DNA from: an uncultured Acidobacteriota bacterium
Lineage (GTDB): Bacteria; Acidobacteriota; JAQAZP01
Direction: 5' to 3'
NCBI GenBank assembly: GCA_963836075.1
Contig: CAWIIB010000009.1
Location: 96,001-160,000 of the forward strand
DNA: 64,000 bases
Each line of letters opens with the position of its first letter. The first letter of the stretch is position 1. Below are positions 10,305 to 19,943 of this stretch, in pieces. A model generated the notes under the pieces. The model saw only the letters and a list, made by a program, of their open reading frames with translations. It was not told the origin of the DNA and ran no database searches. The position numbers and the translations under genes are program-made.

Positions 10305-11381
10305 TCAGCCGGCGGCCACCGCTTCCACCAGGTCGGAAGCGTCGCCGAGGATGCCGCTGCGGAACGCCTTGTGGCTCGGCACCGGCAACGGCGGGAAGGT
10401 GTTGTTGTCCGGGTTGAAGCGCAGGCGGTAGGAGAAGCCGAAGTTGCCCTGGGACTCCATGGTCTGCCAGCCGCGCACGTAGTACGAGCAGTCATCGTTG
10501 AAGCAGACGTACATCGTCTCCACGTTCCACTCGGTGAACGGGGTCTGGGGCACGGCCCACTTGGACAGCGGCTGCTCGCAGTAAGGGCAGCAGCCGGTGT
10601 GGCGCACCGCCGCTTTACGTTCGGCCACCAGCGCCGGGTCGGGGGTGGCCACGTCGCCGGCCGCTTCGGCCGGATCGGGCCGCGCCGCTCCGTTACCACC
10701 GGCCCGTTCGGCGTAGACTGCGATCACCGGGTCGCTGGGGATGCCCAGCTCGGCATAGCGGTCATCGGCCGGGCGGGGCAGGCCGCGGGAAGCGAAATAC
10801 CGCGGCTCGTCAAAGACGCCGGCGGCACGGATCCAGTCCTGCACCAGCAGCAGCCGCTCCTCCTCGGTGGAGCGCTTCCAGACGTGGGTGGCCTTTTCCG
10901 GAAAGTAGCGGTTGGAGAAAACCACAAGCAGCAGGCCGCCGGGCTTGAGCACCCGGCCCGCCTCGGCCAGCACCACTTCCGGCCGGACCAGGTAGTCCAC
11001 CGAGATCACGTTGAGCACGGCGTCGAACGAGCTGTCCTCGAAGGGCAGCTCCGGGTCCTTGTTCAGATCATGGATCACCCGCCGGTCCAGGCGGGCGTTC
11101 TGTTCCAACTCGGTCTCGTTGAGCCCCAGCCCCACTACCTCGGCCGGGGAAAGGGCCGCGGGAAGGTGCGAGTCGTGGCTGGCCATCAGGTCGAGGATCC
11201 GGGGGTTCTCCTCCACCAGCAGGGTGCCCACCAGCCGCTCCACCGTCTCCAGCGCCCGGTTGTCCAGGTGCTCCACCAGGCGGGCGCGGCTGTAGAAGGT
11301 GGGGTCGGGACACTCGTTGTCCCGGGAAAAGTCGCTTTTGTCGTCGCCCACCGCGGGGCGGCAGCTCAGTGGCTGATCCAT
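10305..11381 (-). CDS. Class I SAM methyltransferase (type 11) fused to a C-terminal Cys-rich putative zinc-binding domain
   Basis: FYSRARLVEHLD, ILDLMASHDSHLP, LPFEDSSFDAV, LKPGG; tail CCPYC...CFNDDC; GAGGAG RBS before ATG 11381. Confidence 0.78.
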   Translation of the reverse strand: MDQPLSCRPAVGDDKSDFSRDNECPDPTFYSRARLVEHLDNRALETVERLVGTLLVEENPRILDLMASHDSHLPAALSPAEVVGLGLNETELEQNARLDRRVIHDLNKDPELPFEDSSFDAVLNVISVDYLVRPEVVLAEAGRVLKPGGLLLVVFSNRYFPEKATHVWKRSTEEERLLLVQDWIRAAGVFDEPRYFASRGLPRPADDRYAELGIPSDPVIAVYAERAGGNGAARPDPAEAAGDVATPDPALVAERKAAVRHTGCCPYCEQPLSKWAVPQTPFTEWNVETMYVCFNDDCSYYVRGWQTMESQGNFGFSYRLRFNPDNNTFPPLPVPSHKAFRSGILGDASDLVEAVAAG

Positions 11382-11514
11382 GATCGTGATGCTCCTCATT
11401 GCGGCAGCAGCCGGCCGGAGCCGGCTGGTCGTTGTCCATCCGGATAATCATTATGCCACGGAAGCCCCGCACACGACCGAGGAAGGCCGCTGCAGAAACG
11501 TTGGGCGACGCGTG

Positions 11515-12496
11515 TCAATCCCCGTTCCGTAAGAGGGTCACCGCGCCGCCCGTGCGAGCGGACCGCACGTCGAGCACCCCGGGGATCCGCCGCAGCCGCT
11601 GCTCCACGGCCTCCGCCTCCTCCCCGAGCGTCAGCACGTGCACATTGGCGCCCGCATCCACGGTGTAACAGACGGGGATGCCCTGGCGCCGCCACCGGCG
11701 GACGGCGCTCATCACCTCTTCCGAAGCGAAGGTCAGGTAATGAAGCACCGGGGTGGAACTCAACATCACCGCATGCATCAGGTCCGAGTCGATTTCCACG
11801 ATGGAGGCCAGCGTATCGAAGTCACGCTCGAGCACGGCCAGGCGGCAGATGTCGAGCCGGCGGGGCGTATCCGCCACCCGCGCTGCCTGCAGGGGACTGC
11901 TCGAGGCGAGCGCATGCCCGTCGATGGAAGCGGTGTCCTTGGGTGACGTGCTGACGATGGCGACACAATCCACCAGGTTCCAGTGATCGGCGGGAGCGAT
12001 GGAATGGGCGAAGGAATCGTGATCACCGCCGCCGGCCGGCCATTCCACGAACCCCCCGGGAACCGAGCGCGCCGCGGAACCGGACCCGCACCGCGCCAGG
12101 CGCGACAGTTCGGGCTCGCCGAGTTCGAGGCCCGCGGCCGCACTGCCCGCCAGGGCCAGCGCCGCAAAGGCCGAGGCCGAGGAAGCGATCCCCGCGCCGG
12201 CGGGAAAATCGTTCTCGCTGAGCACCTCCGCGCGCTCGTCGATACCGGCCATCTCGCGCACGATATCGAGGATCCGCGAAACACGGTCGCAGCGCCGTGC
12301 TGTCGGCCTGGCGCCCGTTAATCACCAGCGTGTCGGCGGCCGGCGACGGCTGGAAGCTGACCGTGGTCCGCGTGGTCAGGCCGTCGAGATTCATCGAGAT
12401 CGATCCGTTCGCCGGCAGATGCCGCTCGTGGTCTCGATTACCCCAGTACTTGATGAAGGCGATGTTGGGATGGCTCAGCGCCGTGGCCTTGTTCAT
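11515..12496 (-). CDS. mvaD: (Di)phosphomevalonate decarboxylase, GHMP family; +1 indel near 12290
   Basis: PNIAFIKYWG, NGSISMNL, GAGIASSASAFAAL, GSGSAARS, YTVDAGANVH split across two frames. Confidence 0.88.
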
Positions 12497-12523
12497 GGGG
12501 TGATGATACCACTGCCATGAGTG

Positions 12524-13552
12524 TTAGTAACTCATCTTGTCCAGCTTGACCTTGCCGCGGAAAATCCAGTAAATGCTCACCGTGTAAGCCAGCACAATGG
12601 GCACGCCGATGACAGCGATGATCAGCATGATCTTCAGTGTCTTTGGTGACGAGGCGGCATTGTAGATGTCGAGACTGTTGGCGACCTCGGGGTTGGAGAA
12701 GATCATGTCGGGATACATCCCGATGCCGAAAACGGCCAGCAGGGCCACCACCGCCACGCAGGAGGAGACAAAAGCGCGGAACTCGCGGCGGTGGAAGATC
12801 TCCCGCGGGATGTTGGCGATGGCCAGCATGCCGAGGAACGGCACAACAAAGAGCACCGGGTTGGCCTTGATGTGCTCGGTCATGTTCGGCACGTAGAGCA
12901 GGGTGGCCATGGTGGTGCAGACATAGCAGATGATGAAGAAGATCATCGAGCGCCGGGCCCAGAGCCGCAGCTTCTCCTGCAGCTCGTCCTCGGTCTTCAG
13001 GATGCCGTAGATCGCGCCGTGCATCATGAACAGCGCCACCGTGGTCACCCCCACCAGCAGGGCGTAAGGGTGCAGCAGGCCGAGGAAGGAGCCGGCGAAC
13101 TCGTGGCTCGCGTCCAGCGGCACGCCCCAGGCCACGTTGCCCAGGGCCACCCCCACCAGCAGGCTGGAGAGGATCGAGCTGACCGAGAAGCTGACGTCCC
13201 ACATCTGGCGCCAGCCCGGGTTCTCCCGTTTCGACCGGAAGTCGATGGCCACCGCGCGAAAGATCAGCCCGCAGAGCAGCAGCATGAAGGCGATGTAGAA
13301 CCCGGAGAAAGCCGTGGCATACACCTCGGGGAAGGCGGCGAAGAGCGCCCCGCCGCCGGTGACCAGCCAGACCTCGTTGCCGTCCCACACCGGCCCGATG
13401 GAGTTGATCATCAGCCGCCGCTCGCGGTCGCTGCTGGTGAAAAGGTGCAGGGCGCCGATGCCGAGGTCAAAACCGTCGAGCACCGCATACCCGGCGAGCA
13501 GGATGCCGACGAGGAAGAACCAGACCGTGTTGAGATCGAATGCGATGTTCAT
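12524..13552 (-). CDS. cydB: Cytochrome bd ubiquinol oxidase subunit II
   Basis: YAVLDGFDLGIG, IGPVWDGNEVWL; ATGA overlap with cydA stop. Confidence 0.95.
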   Translation of the reverse strand: MNIAFDLNTVWFFLVGILLAGYAVLDGFDLGIGALHLFTSSDRERRLMINSIGPVWDGNEVWLVTGGGALFAAFPEVYATAFSGFYIAFMLLLCGLIFRAVAIDFRSKRENPGWRQMWDVSFSVSSILSSLLVGVALGNVAWGVPLDASHEFAGSFLGLLHPYALLVGVTTVALFMMHGAIYGILKTEDELQEKLRLWARRSMIFFIICYVCTTMATLLYVPNMTEHIKANPVLFVVPFLGMLAIANIPREIFHRREFRAFVSSCVAVVALLAVFGIGMYPDMIFSNPEVANSLDIYNAASSPKTLKIMLIIAVIGVPIVLAYTVSIYWIFRGKVKLDKMSY

Positions 13553-14898
13553 GCCCGCCTCCCTTCGTGCTGCAGGTCCTCTTCGTCGGGACCGTGCTGG
13601 ATCTTCTCGTTGAGCAGGTAGACAAAGAGCACGAAGAGCAGCCCGTAGATCAGGCCGAACATCACGATGGAGCCGAGCACCTGCCAGGCGGAGACCACCG
13701 GCGAGCCGGCATCGGCGGTGCGCAGCAGGCCCTGGACGATCCAGGGCTGGCGCCCGATCTCGGCGGTCATCCAGCCCAGCTGGTTGGCCAGCTGGGGCCC
13801 GAGCACCGAGAAGACCAGCACCCAGAGCAGCCAGCGGGCCTGGAAGAGCCACCCGCGCCACCAGAAGAGCAGGCCGAGCAGCGAGAGGCCGATCAGCCCC
13901 ATGCCGATGGCCACCATCAGGTGGTAGGACTGGAAGACGATGTTCACCGGCGGCCGGTCCTCCGGAGGCACCGAGCGCAGGCCGGTCACCGGGGCCGAGC
14001 TGTCGCCGTGGATCATCCAGGAGAGCATCCCCGGCAGTTCGACCCCGAAGCGCAGGGTTTCGTTCTCCTCGTCGACCCAGCCGAAGAGGGCCAGCGGGGC
14101 CGGCTCGCTCTCCGGCCACACCGCCTCCATCGCCGCCATCTTCACCGGCTGGTTGACGCTGACCCCCTCGGCGCTGGTGTGCCCGGTGACCAGCTGCAGG
14201 ATCGCGGCCACCGCGGCCACCGGCAGGGCGATCTTGATCGACAGCCGCGCGAAGTCGGTGTGCCGGTTGCGCAGCAGGTAGTAGGCGCCGACGCTGACCA
14301 CGAAGAAGGCCCCGGCCTGCCAGGCGCCGAGCACCGTGTGGGTCAGCCGGTCGATGGTGGAGGGGTTGAAGACCAGGGCCCAGAAATCGGTGATCTCGGC
14401 CCGGACGCCGGTGGCCGTCTGCACCAGGTGGTGGCCGGCCGGCGTCTGCTGCCAGGAGTTGGCGACAATGATCCAGACCGCGCTGAAGTGGGCCCCCAGC
14501 GCCACCATCACCGTGGAGATGAAGTGCGTCCGCGGCTTTACCTTGTCCCAGCCGAAGAGCAGGATGGCCAGGAACCCGGACTCGAGGAAGAAGGCGAAGA
14601 TCCCCTCGGCGGCCAGGGCGCTGCCAAAGACATCGCCGACGAACCGCGAGTAGCTGGACCAGTTGGTGCCGAACTGGAACTCCATCACGATGCCCGACGC
14701 CACGCCAAGGGCGAAGATCAGGCCGAAGACCTTGACCCAGAAACGGGTCATCTGGTGGAACAGCGGGTTCTTCGTCTTGAGATAGAGCCCCTCCATGAGG
14801 ACCAGGATCAGCCCCAGACCGATACTCAAAGGCGGAAAGAGATAGTGGAAACCGATGGTCAGTGCGAATTGCAGGCGGGAGAGGAACAGAGTATCCAT
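13549..14898 (-). CDS. cydA: Cytochrome bd ubiquinol oxidase subunit I (short Q-loop)
   Basis: [39 protein letters not shown]. Confidence 0.96.
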   Translation of the reverse strand: MDTLFLSRLQFALTIGFHYLFPPLSIGLGLILVLMEGLYLKTKNPLFHQMTRFWVKVFGLIFALGVASGIVMEFQFGTNWSSYSRFVGDVFGSALAAEGIFAFFLESGFLAILLFGWDKVKPRTHFISTVMVALGAHFSAVWIIVANSWQQTPAGHHLVQTATGVRAEITDFWALVFNPSTIDRLTHTVLGAWQAGAFFVVSVGAYYLLRNRHTDFARLSIKIALPVAAVAAILQLVTGHTSAEGVSVNQPVKMAAMEAVWPESEPAPLALFGWVDEENETLRFGVELPGMLSWMIHGDSSAPVTGLRSVPPEDRPPVNIVFQSYHLMVAIGMGLIGLSLLGLLFWWRGWLFQARWLLWVLVFSVLGPQLANQLGWMTAEIGRQPWIVQGLLRTADAGSPVVSAWQVLGSIVMFGLIYGLLFVLFVYLLNEKIQHGPDEEDLQHEGRRA

Positions 14899-15135
14899 GA
14901 ATGCCTCCCAACAGGGTCAGTGATAAGGTATTTCATGCTGTTTAGAAGGCTATATTATCCCGTTTTTCCCGGCCTGACAATCAGCGCCCGACGGGACAGC
15001 GACCCCACAAAGCACATGGAGCAGCTAGTGTTTGGCCGCTTCCATTCTCTCCGGCCGCAGGCAGCGCTCTTCCGGTGGGCCGGTGACTCCGGTCAGCTCG
15101 GGCCATCCGGGCCGCCATCTTTCGCGGACCAGCGC

Positions 15136-16422
15136 TCACGGCTGCAGTCCGGTGACGTTGCAGGCAGCGTGGTCGCTCCCACCGGACGGTTGGTGAGGCG
15201 GCTGGTTGAAGGGCGCGGGTGTCACGTCCTCCACGGTAACGGTGAAGATGTTGGCGCCAAGGCACGACGCTAGCGCCGGGATCTGCTGCACCCAGGAGGC
15301 CACGAATTCATCACCGGGGGCGATGTTGCTGTATCCCGCTCGCCAGGAGGGGAACTGCGCGCCGCCGGCCAGGGCCGCCCCCACCCGGACCGCCACGCGG
15401 CGGGTCTCGTTCGCATCATGATCGAAGCTGACCGTGAAGTGCACCGGCAGCGGCAGGACACCCTCCGAAGGCTCGCAGGTGATGGCGGCTGAAGGTTGGA
15501 CCGGAAAGAGGCAGTGCTGCTCATGCTCGATACGGTTGTCGCTGTTCAGCAAGTCCTGCCAGTCCGCCCAGGCACCGTCGTCGCCCAGCAATACCGCGTC
15601 GAGCCAGGGGGCCAGGTGGTCGGTGACCGTCACCTGCTGCTCGGCCCGACTGATGCCTGGCGACGAACAGAAGAGTTCACCGAGACTGCATGTGAAGCTG
15701 TAGGCCGCGAACTGACAGTGGCTGGCTCCGAGCACGGTGATGAGCGCACGGCAGCCGGAGCCGAGGTTGCCGTACATCGGCAACTGGTGGTCCGGCGGAG
15801 GGGTCACACAGTCGAGCTCGCCGGCAAAGATCAGTGCCGAAACCTGGATCGATGCGGCCGCGCCGATGGCCGACGGTGAGGTCTCGGCCGGGGCCAGTGC
15901 GGCCACGGCAGTGATCGTCGGGTCTCCGGCGGCCGCGAGCAGGGCGGCGCCGCCGCCCATGGAGTGCCCGAGAACCGCCGCCTCACCGGCGATCCGGCCC
16001 TCGTAGGGGCTGCCCGCCGTGTTGCCGGCCGCCCTGAGCGCATTGATCACATAGGCCAGGTCGAGGCCAAAATCACCGTGGCTGGGGAACAGGCCGTTCT
16101 CGGTGTCTGACAGGGCCACCACATATCCCCGGGGCACCAGGGCATCGACCAGAAAGCCATAGACCGACCAGTTCAGCTGGTAGCCGTGGCCGACGCTGAT
16201 AACCGGGAACGGGCCGCCGGCGGCAGCCACCGGGACACCGTCACCGGGCGCGTCTGACGGATAGTAGACCTCGACAGGGATGTTGCGGTTACCCCGGTCT
16301 GGATCGACGAAGGTCTCGGTTTGATGACCGATCTCGAACGTCTGCGCACCGTCGGTCCCGGGGGCAAAAAGGAAGAACAGAGCGAACAGCACAACGGAAG
16401 CAGACTTGGTGATCACGGTCAT
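15136..16422 (-). CDS. Secreted alpha/beta hydrolase (chlorophyllase/dienelactone-hydrolase-like) with an unassigned ~120-aa C-terminal domain
   Basis: Signal peptide; GHSMGGG nucleophile elbow; D (GELDC) and H (ASHCQF) triad; separate beta-rich tail. Confidence 0.75.
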   Translation of the reverse strand: MTVITKSASVVLFALFFLFAPGTDGAQTFEIGHQTETFVDPDRGNRNIPVEVYYPSDAPGDGVPVAAAGGPFPVISVGHGYQLNWSVYGFLVDALVPRGYVVALSDTENGLFPSHGDFGLDLAYVINALRAAGNTAGSPYEGRIAGEAAVLGHSMGGGAALLAAAGDPTITAVAALAPAETSPSAIGAAASIQVSALIFAGELDCVTPPPDHQLPMYGNLGSGCRALITVLGASHCQFAAYSFTCSLGELFCSSPGISRAEQQVTVTDHLAPWLDAVLLGDDGAWADWQDLLNSDNRIEHEQHCLFPVQPSAAITCEPSEGVLPLPVHFTVSFDHDANETRRVAVRVGAALAGGAQFPSWRAGYSNIAPGDEFVASWVQQIPALASCLGANIFTVTVEDVTPAPFNQPPHQPSGGSDHAACNVTGLQP

Positions 16423-16552
16423 GGTTGCACCTCTTCAGCCGGTGGGTGGGGGCATCCAGCACCCGGGTGACTCCGGACCAGCCCATACATTAAGATTAGG
16501 TTTTCCAGGGGAGAAACGCAACTCGGGCCGGGCGGCAGAACCCGGGGTACAG

Positions 16553-16585
16553 AAAACGGGCCCGCGAACTCGGTCCACGGGCCTG
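16553..16585 (-). terminator. Probable rho-independent terminator after the DUF4397 gene
   Basis: Minus strand GGCCCGTGGA-loop-TTCGCGGGCC followed by CGTTTT. Confidence 0.5.
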
Positions 16586-16604
16586 GGGGGATTGATCAAC
16601 CGGT

Positions 16605-17315
16605 TTACAGGTCGATGGTCTGCAGGAAGAGGGTGAACGTGCCGTCGAAAATCGAGCCGATGGCATACACGGTATATGACTTCCCGCCTTCAAAGAAAAT
16701 CCGACCCGAGTCGAATGCCACATCGCTGGTGCCGGTGGGCAGCAACTGAGCCGTCAGCACACCGCGCCAGTAGTCGGCCGGACCGAACTGTGTCGGCATG
16801 CCATCATCGGCGTTGGAAATGTCGATCCCCTTGGTGACGAACCAGCGGAACCACCAGCCGCGCAGCAGGGCCGCGTCCACGGCCGGAGCGTCGGCAGTGT
16901 GCCGAACGGTCAGCCGAATTTTGTCGTGGGCCAGGGAGGACGTGTTATTCTCGAAAAGCGAAAGTTTGATCCCCGAATCAACACCGTCGATGAACGTCTC
17001 GTGGGCGATGACAGTGTAGTTCATCCCTTCTTCGAGGGTGACCTCCGCGTCGAGCACCACCGCGCCGTCCAGTTTCACCTCGAGCAGGTAGTCGCCGGCT
17101 TCGAGAGGCAGCGGCCCCACGCTCTCGTTGAAATCGAAGGAGAAGGCGAATCCGCCGTTGACAAAGACATCCACCGGCATGGGCAGGCCGGGGATCCCGT
17201 GGATCACGGTGAGGTCAAAGTTTCCTGCCGGCTCACCCTTGCCCTTGATGGCGGCATTGGCGCTGACGGTGACGGACAGCAACAGGATGGCGATGGCGGT
17301 GATCAATTTCTTCAT
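16605..17315 (-). CDS. Secreted DUF4397-like protein
   Basis: Signal peptide MKKLITAIAILLL; VIHGIPG..VDVFVNG and VRHTADAPAVD repeats; AAGGAG RBS. Confidence 0.7.
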   Translation of the reverse strand: MKKLITAIAILLLSVTVSANAAIKGKGEPAGNFDLTVIHGIPGLPMPVDVFVNGGFAFSFDFNESVGPLPLEAGDYLLEVKLDGAVVLDAEVTLEEGMNYTVIAHETFIDGVDSGIKLSLFENNTSSLAHDKIRLTVRHTADAPAVDAALLRGWWFRWFVTKGIDISNADDGMPTQFGPADYWRGVLTAQLLPTGTSDVAFDSGRIFFEGGKSYTVYAIGSIFDGTFTLFLQTIDL

Positions 17316-17579
17316 CGTTCTTCTCCTTAACCAGTGATTGGTCATCTCTGAAAATTTGGTTTTCTGAATCCTGCCCGGAATGCGATCTCCCGGCTGGCTC
17401 CGCTGATAATTGGAAGATTAACATGGGAAATGATAAATGTCAATAATTATTCTAGTTAATTTCTATATTTTTTCAAACCAAAGCCAACCATGAGCATCCT
17501 CAATAATCAAATATAAGTTTATTATTCATATTTTTAGGCAACACCAACAGGGCATCTTCAGGCACGACAACGGAGTTAA

Positions 17580-17620
17580 TGTCTATTTATTGACAAATAT
17601 AATGTAGACAAATATAATGA
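17580..17620 (+). promoter_or_regulatory. Consensus sigma70 promoter overlapped by a T(T/A)GACAAATATAATG direct repeat (probable repressor operator)
   Basis: TTGACA 17590-17595, 17-nt spacer, TATAAT 17613-17618; 15-bp repeat at 17590 and 17605. Confidence 0.7.
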
Positions 17621-17647
17621 AGCTGTTTTGAGAGGGAGCAGATTCCG

Positions 17648-18199
17648 ATGATGAACAATACAAATAGAGGACGCTGGCTGGCCCTGTTGCTGCTGGTGAT
17701 CAGTCTGGGGACGTCCGGCGGATGTGACGACATGCCTGAGGAACCAATGGCAGCAGTGTCCCGGGTGGACCTGGAGCGGTTCATGGGGGACTGGTACGTG
17801 ATCGCCTCGATCCCCACCTCGCTGGAGAAGGGGGCTCACAATGCCGTCGAGTCATACCGGCTCAACGACGACCGTACGGTGCAGACCACCTTCACCTTTC
17901 GCAAGGACGGCTTTGACGGCCCGCTGAAGACCTACAAACCGAAGGGGTTCGTACGGGATGACCCCTCCAATGCCTTGTGGGGCATGCGCTTCATCTGGCC
18001 GATCAAGGCCGACTACCGCATCATCTATCTCGACGAGGACTACCGGGTGACGGTGATCGGCCGGCAGAAACGGGACTACGTCTGGATCATGGCTCGCACG
18101 CCGCAGATCGACGAGGCCGAGTTCGAGACGCTGCTCGACTTTGTCGAGGCGCAGGGCTACGACCGGTCGCTGGTGGAACGGGTACCCCAGCGCTGGTAA
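17648..18199 (+). CDS. blc: Lipocalin (Blc-like lipoprotein)
   Basis: VDLERFMGDWYVIA (GxWY), DYRIIYLDEDY, YVWIMARTP; lipoprotein-type signal. Confidence 0.88.
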   Translation: MMNNTNRGRWLALLLLVISLGTSGGCDDMPEEPMAAVSRVDLERFMGDWYVIASIPTSLEKGAHNAVESYRLNDDRTVQTTFTFRKDGFDGPLKTYKPKGFVRDDPSNALWGMRFIWPIKADYRIIYLDEDYRVTVIGRQKRDYVWIMARTPQIDEAEFETLLDFVEAQGYDRSLVERVPQRW

Positions 18200-18334
18200 T
18201 CGGGGCCCGAAGGATGAATTTCACTTGTTCGTCGACAATTCCAGCATGCTATGATTTCCATTGCGGCATGCTGCACACGTATTCGATTCCACACCGGCCG
18301 GTGACCGGCCGTCCTGTCTGATGGAGGAGCGACG

Positions 18335-19567
18335 ATGCGCGGAATGACATTCCCCGGGCTGGCCCGTTTTTCGGCCCTGGTCCTGTTGATCTTCTTGCTG
18401 ACTACCCCCGCGGCCCTGGCCGGCTGGCGGGAAGCCGACACGCTGGTGCCGGACAAGGGCGTGGAGAACGACCTCGCCGGGTACTCGGCGGCCATCGCCG
18501 GAGACACGCTGTTCCTCGGCGCGGTGAACCGCTGCGCCGTGCATGTCTTCCAGCGCACGGGCGGCACCTGGCTGGAGCAGGCCTGGCTCGAGGCCAGCGA
18601 CGGCAGCGAGTGGGAGGAGTTCGGCAAGTCGGTTTCCGCCGATGGCGACCTGGCGGTGGTGGGCTGCCCCGGCGACGACATCATGTCCTGGAACTCCGGT
18701 TCGGCCTACATCTTCACCCGCCAGGCCTGGGGCTGGGACGAGACGGCCAAGCTGGTGCCCTCGGACACCTTCCAGCTGGACAACTTCGGCTGCTCGGTGG
18801 CAATCAGCGGGAACAAGGTGCTCGCCGGGGCCAAGTACGACGACGACATGGGCCACAGCTCCGGTTCGGCCTACCTCTTCGAGCTGCAGGACGGCCAGTG
18901 GGTCGAGGAAGCGAAACTGGTGGCCGCCGACGGGGCCGAAGGGGACCTGGCCGGCTGGTCGGTAGCCCTGGAAGGCAACACCGCGGTGGTGGGTGCCTGG
19001 GCCCGCCAGACCGACGCGCTGTTCGCCGGTGCGGTCTACGTCTACGAGAAGCTCGGCGGCGTGTGGACCCAGACCGCCACCCTCACCGCCCCGCAGCCGC
19101 TGGTTGACGCCTACTTCGGCGTCTCGGTGGCGATGGACCGCAACTTCATCGCCGTGGGCGCCACCGGCGAGGAGAACCGCCGCGGCGCGGTCTATCTGTT
19201 CAAACGGTCGCTCGACGGCTGGACGTACCAGCGGCGGCTCACCGGCTCGGGAACCGGCGCGGGCGCCGAGTATGGCAATGCGCTGGCCCTGGACAACGGG
19301 CGCCTGCTGGTGGCGGCCCACCGCCAGAACGGGCTGCGGGGCGGCGCCTTCCTCTACGAGCAGCGGGGCTCGTTCTGGATCGAGACCGGACCCATGGCCC
19401 CCCAGGGCATGGCGGCCGGCGAGCAGGCCGGCTGGTCGGTGGCCCTCTCGGGCAGCGAGATGCTGCTCGGCTGCCCCTTTGACAATCCCCATGGCCCCAG
19501 CTCCGGCTCGGGGGTGATGTTCAAGCAGGGGCTGCTGGCCTACTTCGGGCCGGCCGGCGGCCGGTAA
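18335..19567 (+). CDS. Secreted FG-GAP repeat beta-propeller protein
   Basis: About seven repeats of FGxSVAxxGxxxxVGA...GxAYxF; signal peptide. Confidence 0.85.
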   Translation: MRGMTFPGLARFSALVLLIFLLTTPAALAGWREADTLVPDKGVENDLAGYSAAIAGDTLFLGAVNRCAVHVFQRTGGTWLEQAWLEASDGSEWEEFGKSVSADGDLAVVGCPGDDIMSWNSGSAYIFTRQAWGWDETAKLVPSDTFQLDNFGCSVAISGNKVLAGAKYDDDMGHSSGSAYLFELQDGQWVEEAKLVAADGAEGDLAGWSVALEGNTAVVGAWARQTDALFAGAVYVYEKLGGVWTQTATLTAPQPLVDAYFGVSVAMDRNFIAVGATGEENRRGAVYLFKRSLDGWTYQRRLTGSGTGAGAEYGNALALDNGRLLVAAHRQNGLRGGAFLYEQRGSFWIETGPMAPQGMAAGEQAGWSVALSGSEMLLGCPFDNPHGPSSGSGVMFKQGLLAYFGPAGGR

Positions 19568-19587
19568 CCGGGAGGCGGCCGTACATG

Positions 19588-19617
19588 GAAAAGCCACCCG
19601 TTTGCGGGTGGCTTTTC
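19588..19617. terminator. Bidirectional intrinsic terminator
   Basis: Perfect 13-bp inverted repeat GAAAAGCCACCCG-TTTG-CGGGTGGCTTTTC between convergent genes. Confidence 0.85.
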
Positions 19618-19636
19618 ACTTATCGCCTGCAGAAAA

Positions 19637-19819
19637 TCAGCCGCCGATGGACGCGCCGCCGCCGGTCTCCGCCTCGGAGACGCAATTCTTCAGCTCTTCC
19701 TCGGTGGCCTCGGATTTCTTTTTCAGAGCGCTCTGGGGGCAGATGAACTCATCCCCATTGGCGTTCTTGACGATGATGAAGCTCTCTTTTCTGCCGGTGA
19801 ACGTTTCGACGTCGGACAT
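19637..19819 (-). CDS. 60-aa hypothetical protein with two Cys (C27, C46) and C-terminal Gly-Gly, copy 1
   Basis: AGGAGGAA RBS, own terminator, near-identical second copy. Confidence 0.8.
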   Translation of the reverse strand: MSDVETFTGRKESFIIVKNANGDEFICPQSALKKKSEATEEELKNCVSEAETGGGASIGG

Positions 19820-19943
19820 TGTTCTTCCTCCTGGTGGGGGTTTCATGAAACCGTAAAAATGGAGCCGTGCTCCATTGTCGATCCTGGGTTCAGTATAATA
19901 GATAGAGTACGTAGATCAAAGGTTACAAATAAAAGGATTTTTT

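Larger units (their letters stand above)
19576..19845. repeat. 270-bp direct repeat, copy 1 (copy 2 at 59461-59730)
   Basis: Manual alignment gives 5 mismatches in 270 bp; covers RBS, 60-aa ORF and terminator. Confidence 0.95.

Noticed and set aside
12524-14911. 795-aa ORF suggesting a CydA-CydB fusion or an extended CydB
   Set aside because: The N-terminal part is an off-frame read over cydA; cydB starts at the ATGA overlap at 13552
18335-19567. Nucleotide-level repeats (e.g. CTCCGGTTCGGCCTAC twice) as a CRISPR-like array
   Set aside because: They are coding FG-GAP blade repeats, with no spacer structure and no cas genes
19576-19845. The 270-bp repeat as an IS or MITE
   Set aside because: No terminal inverted repeats, target duplication or transposase; it is exactly a gene with its RBS and terminator
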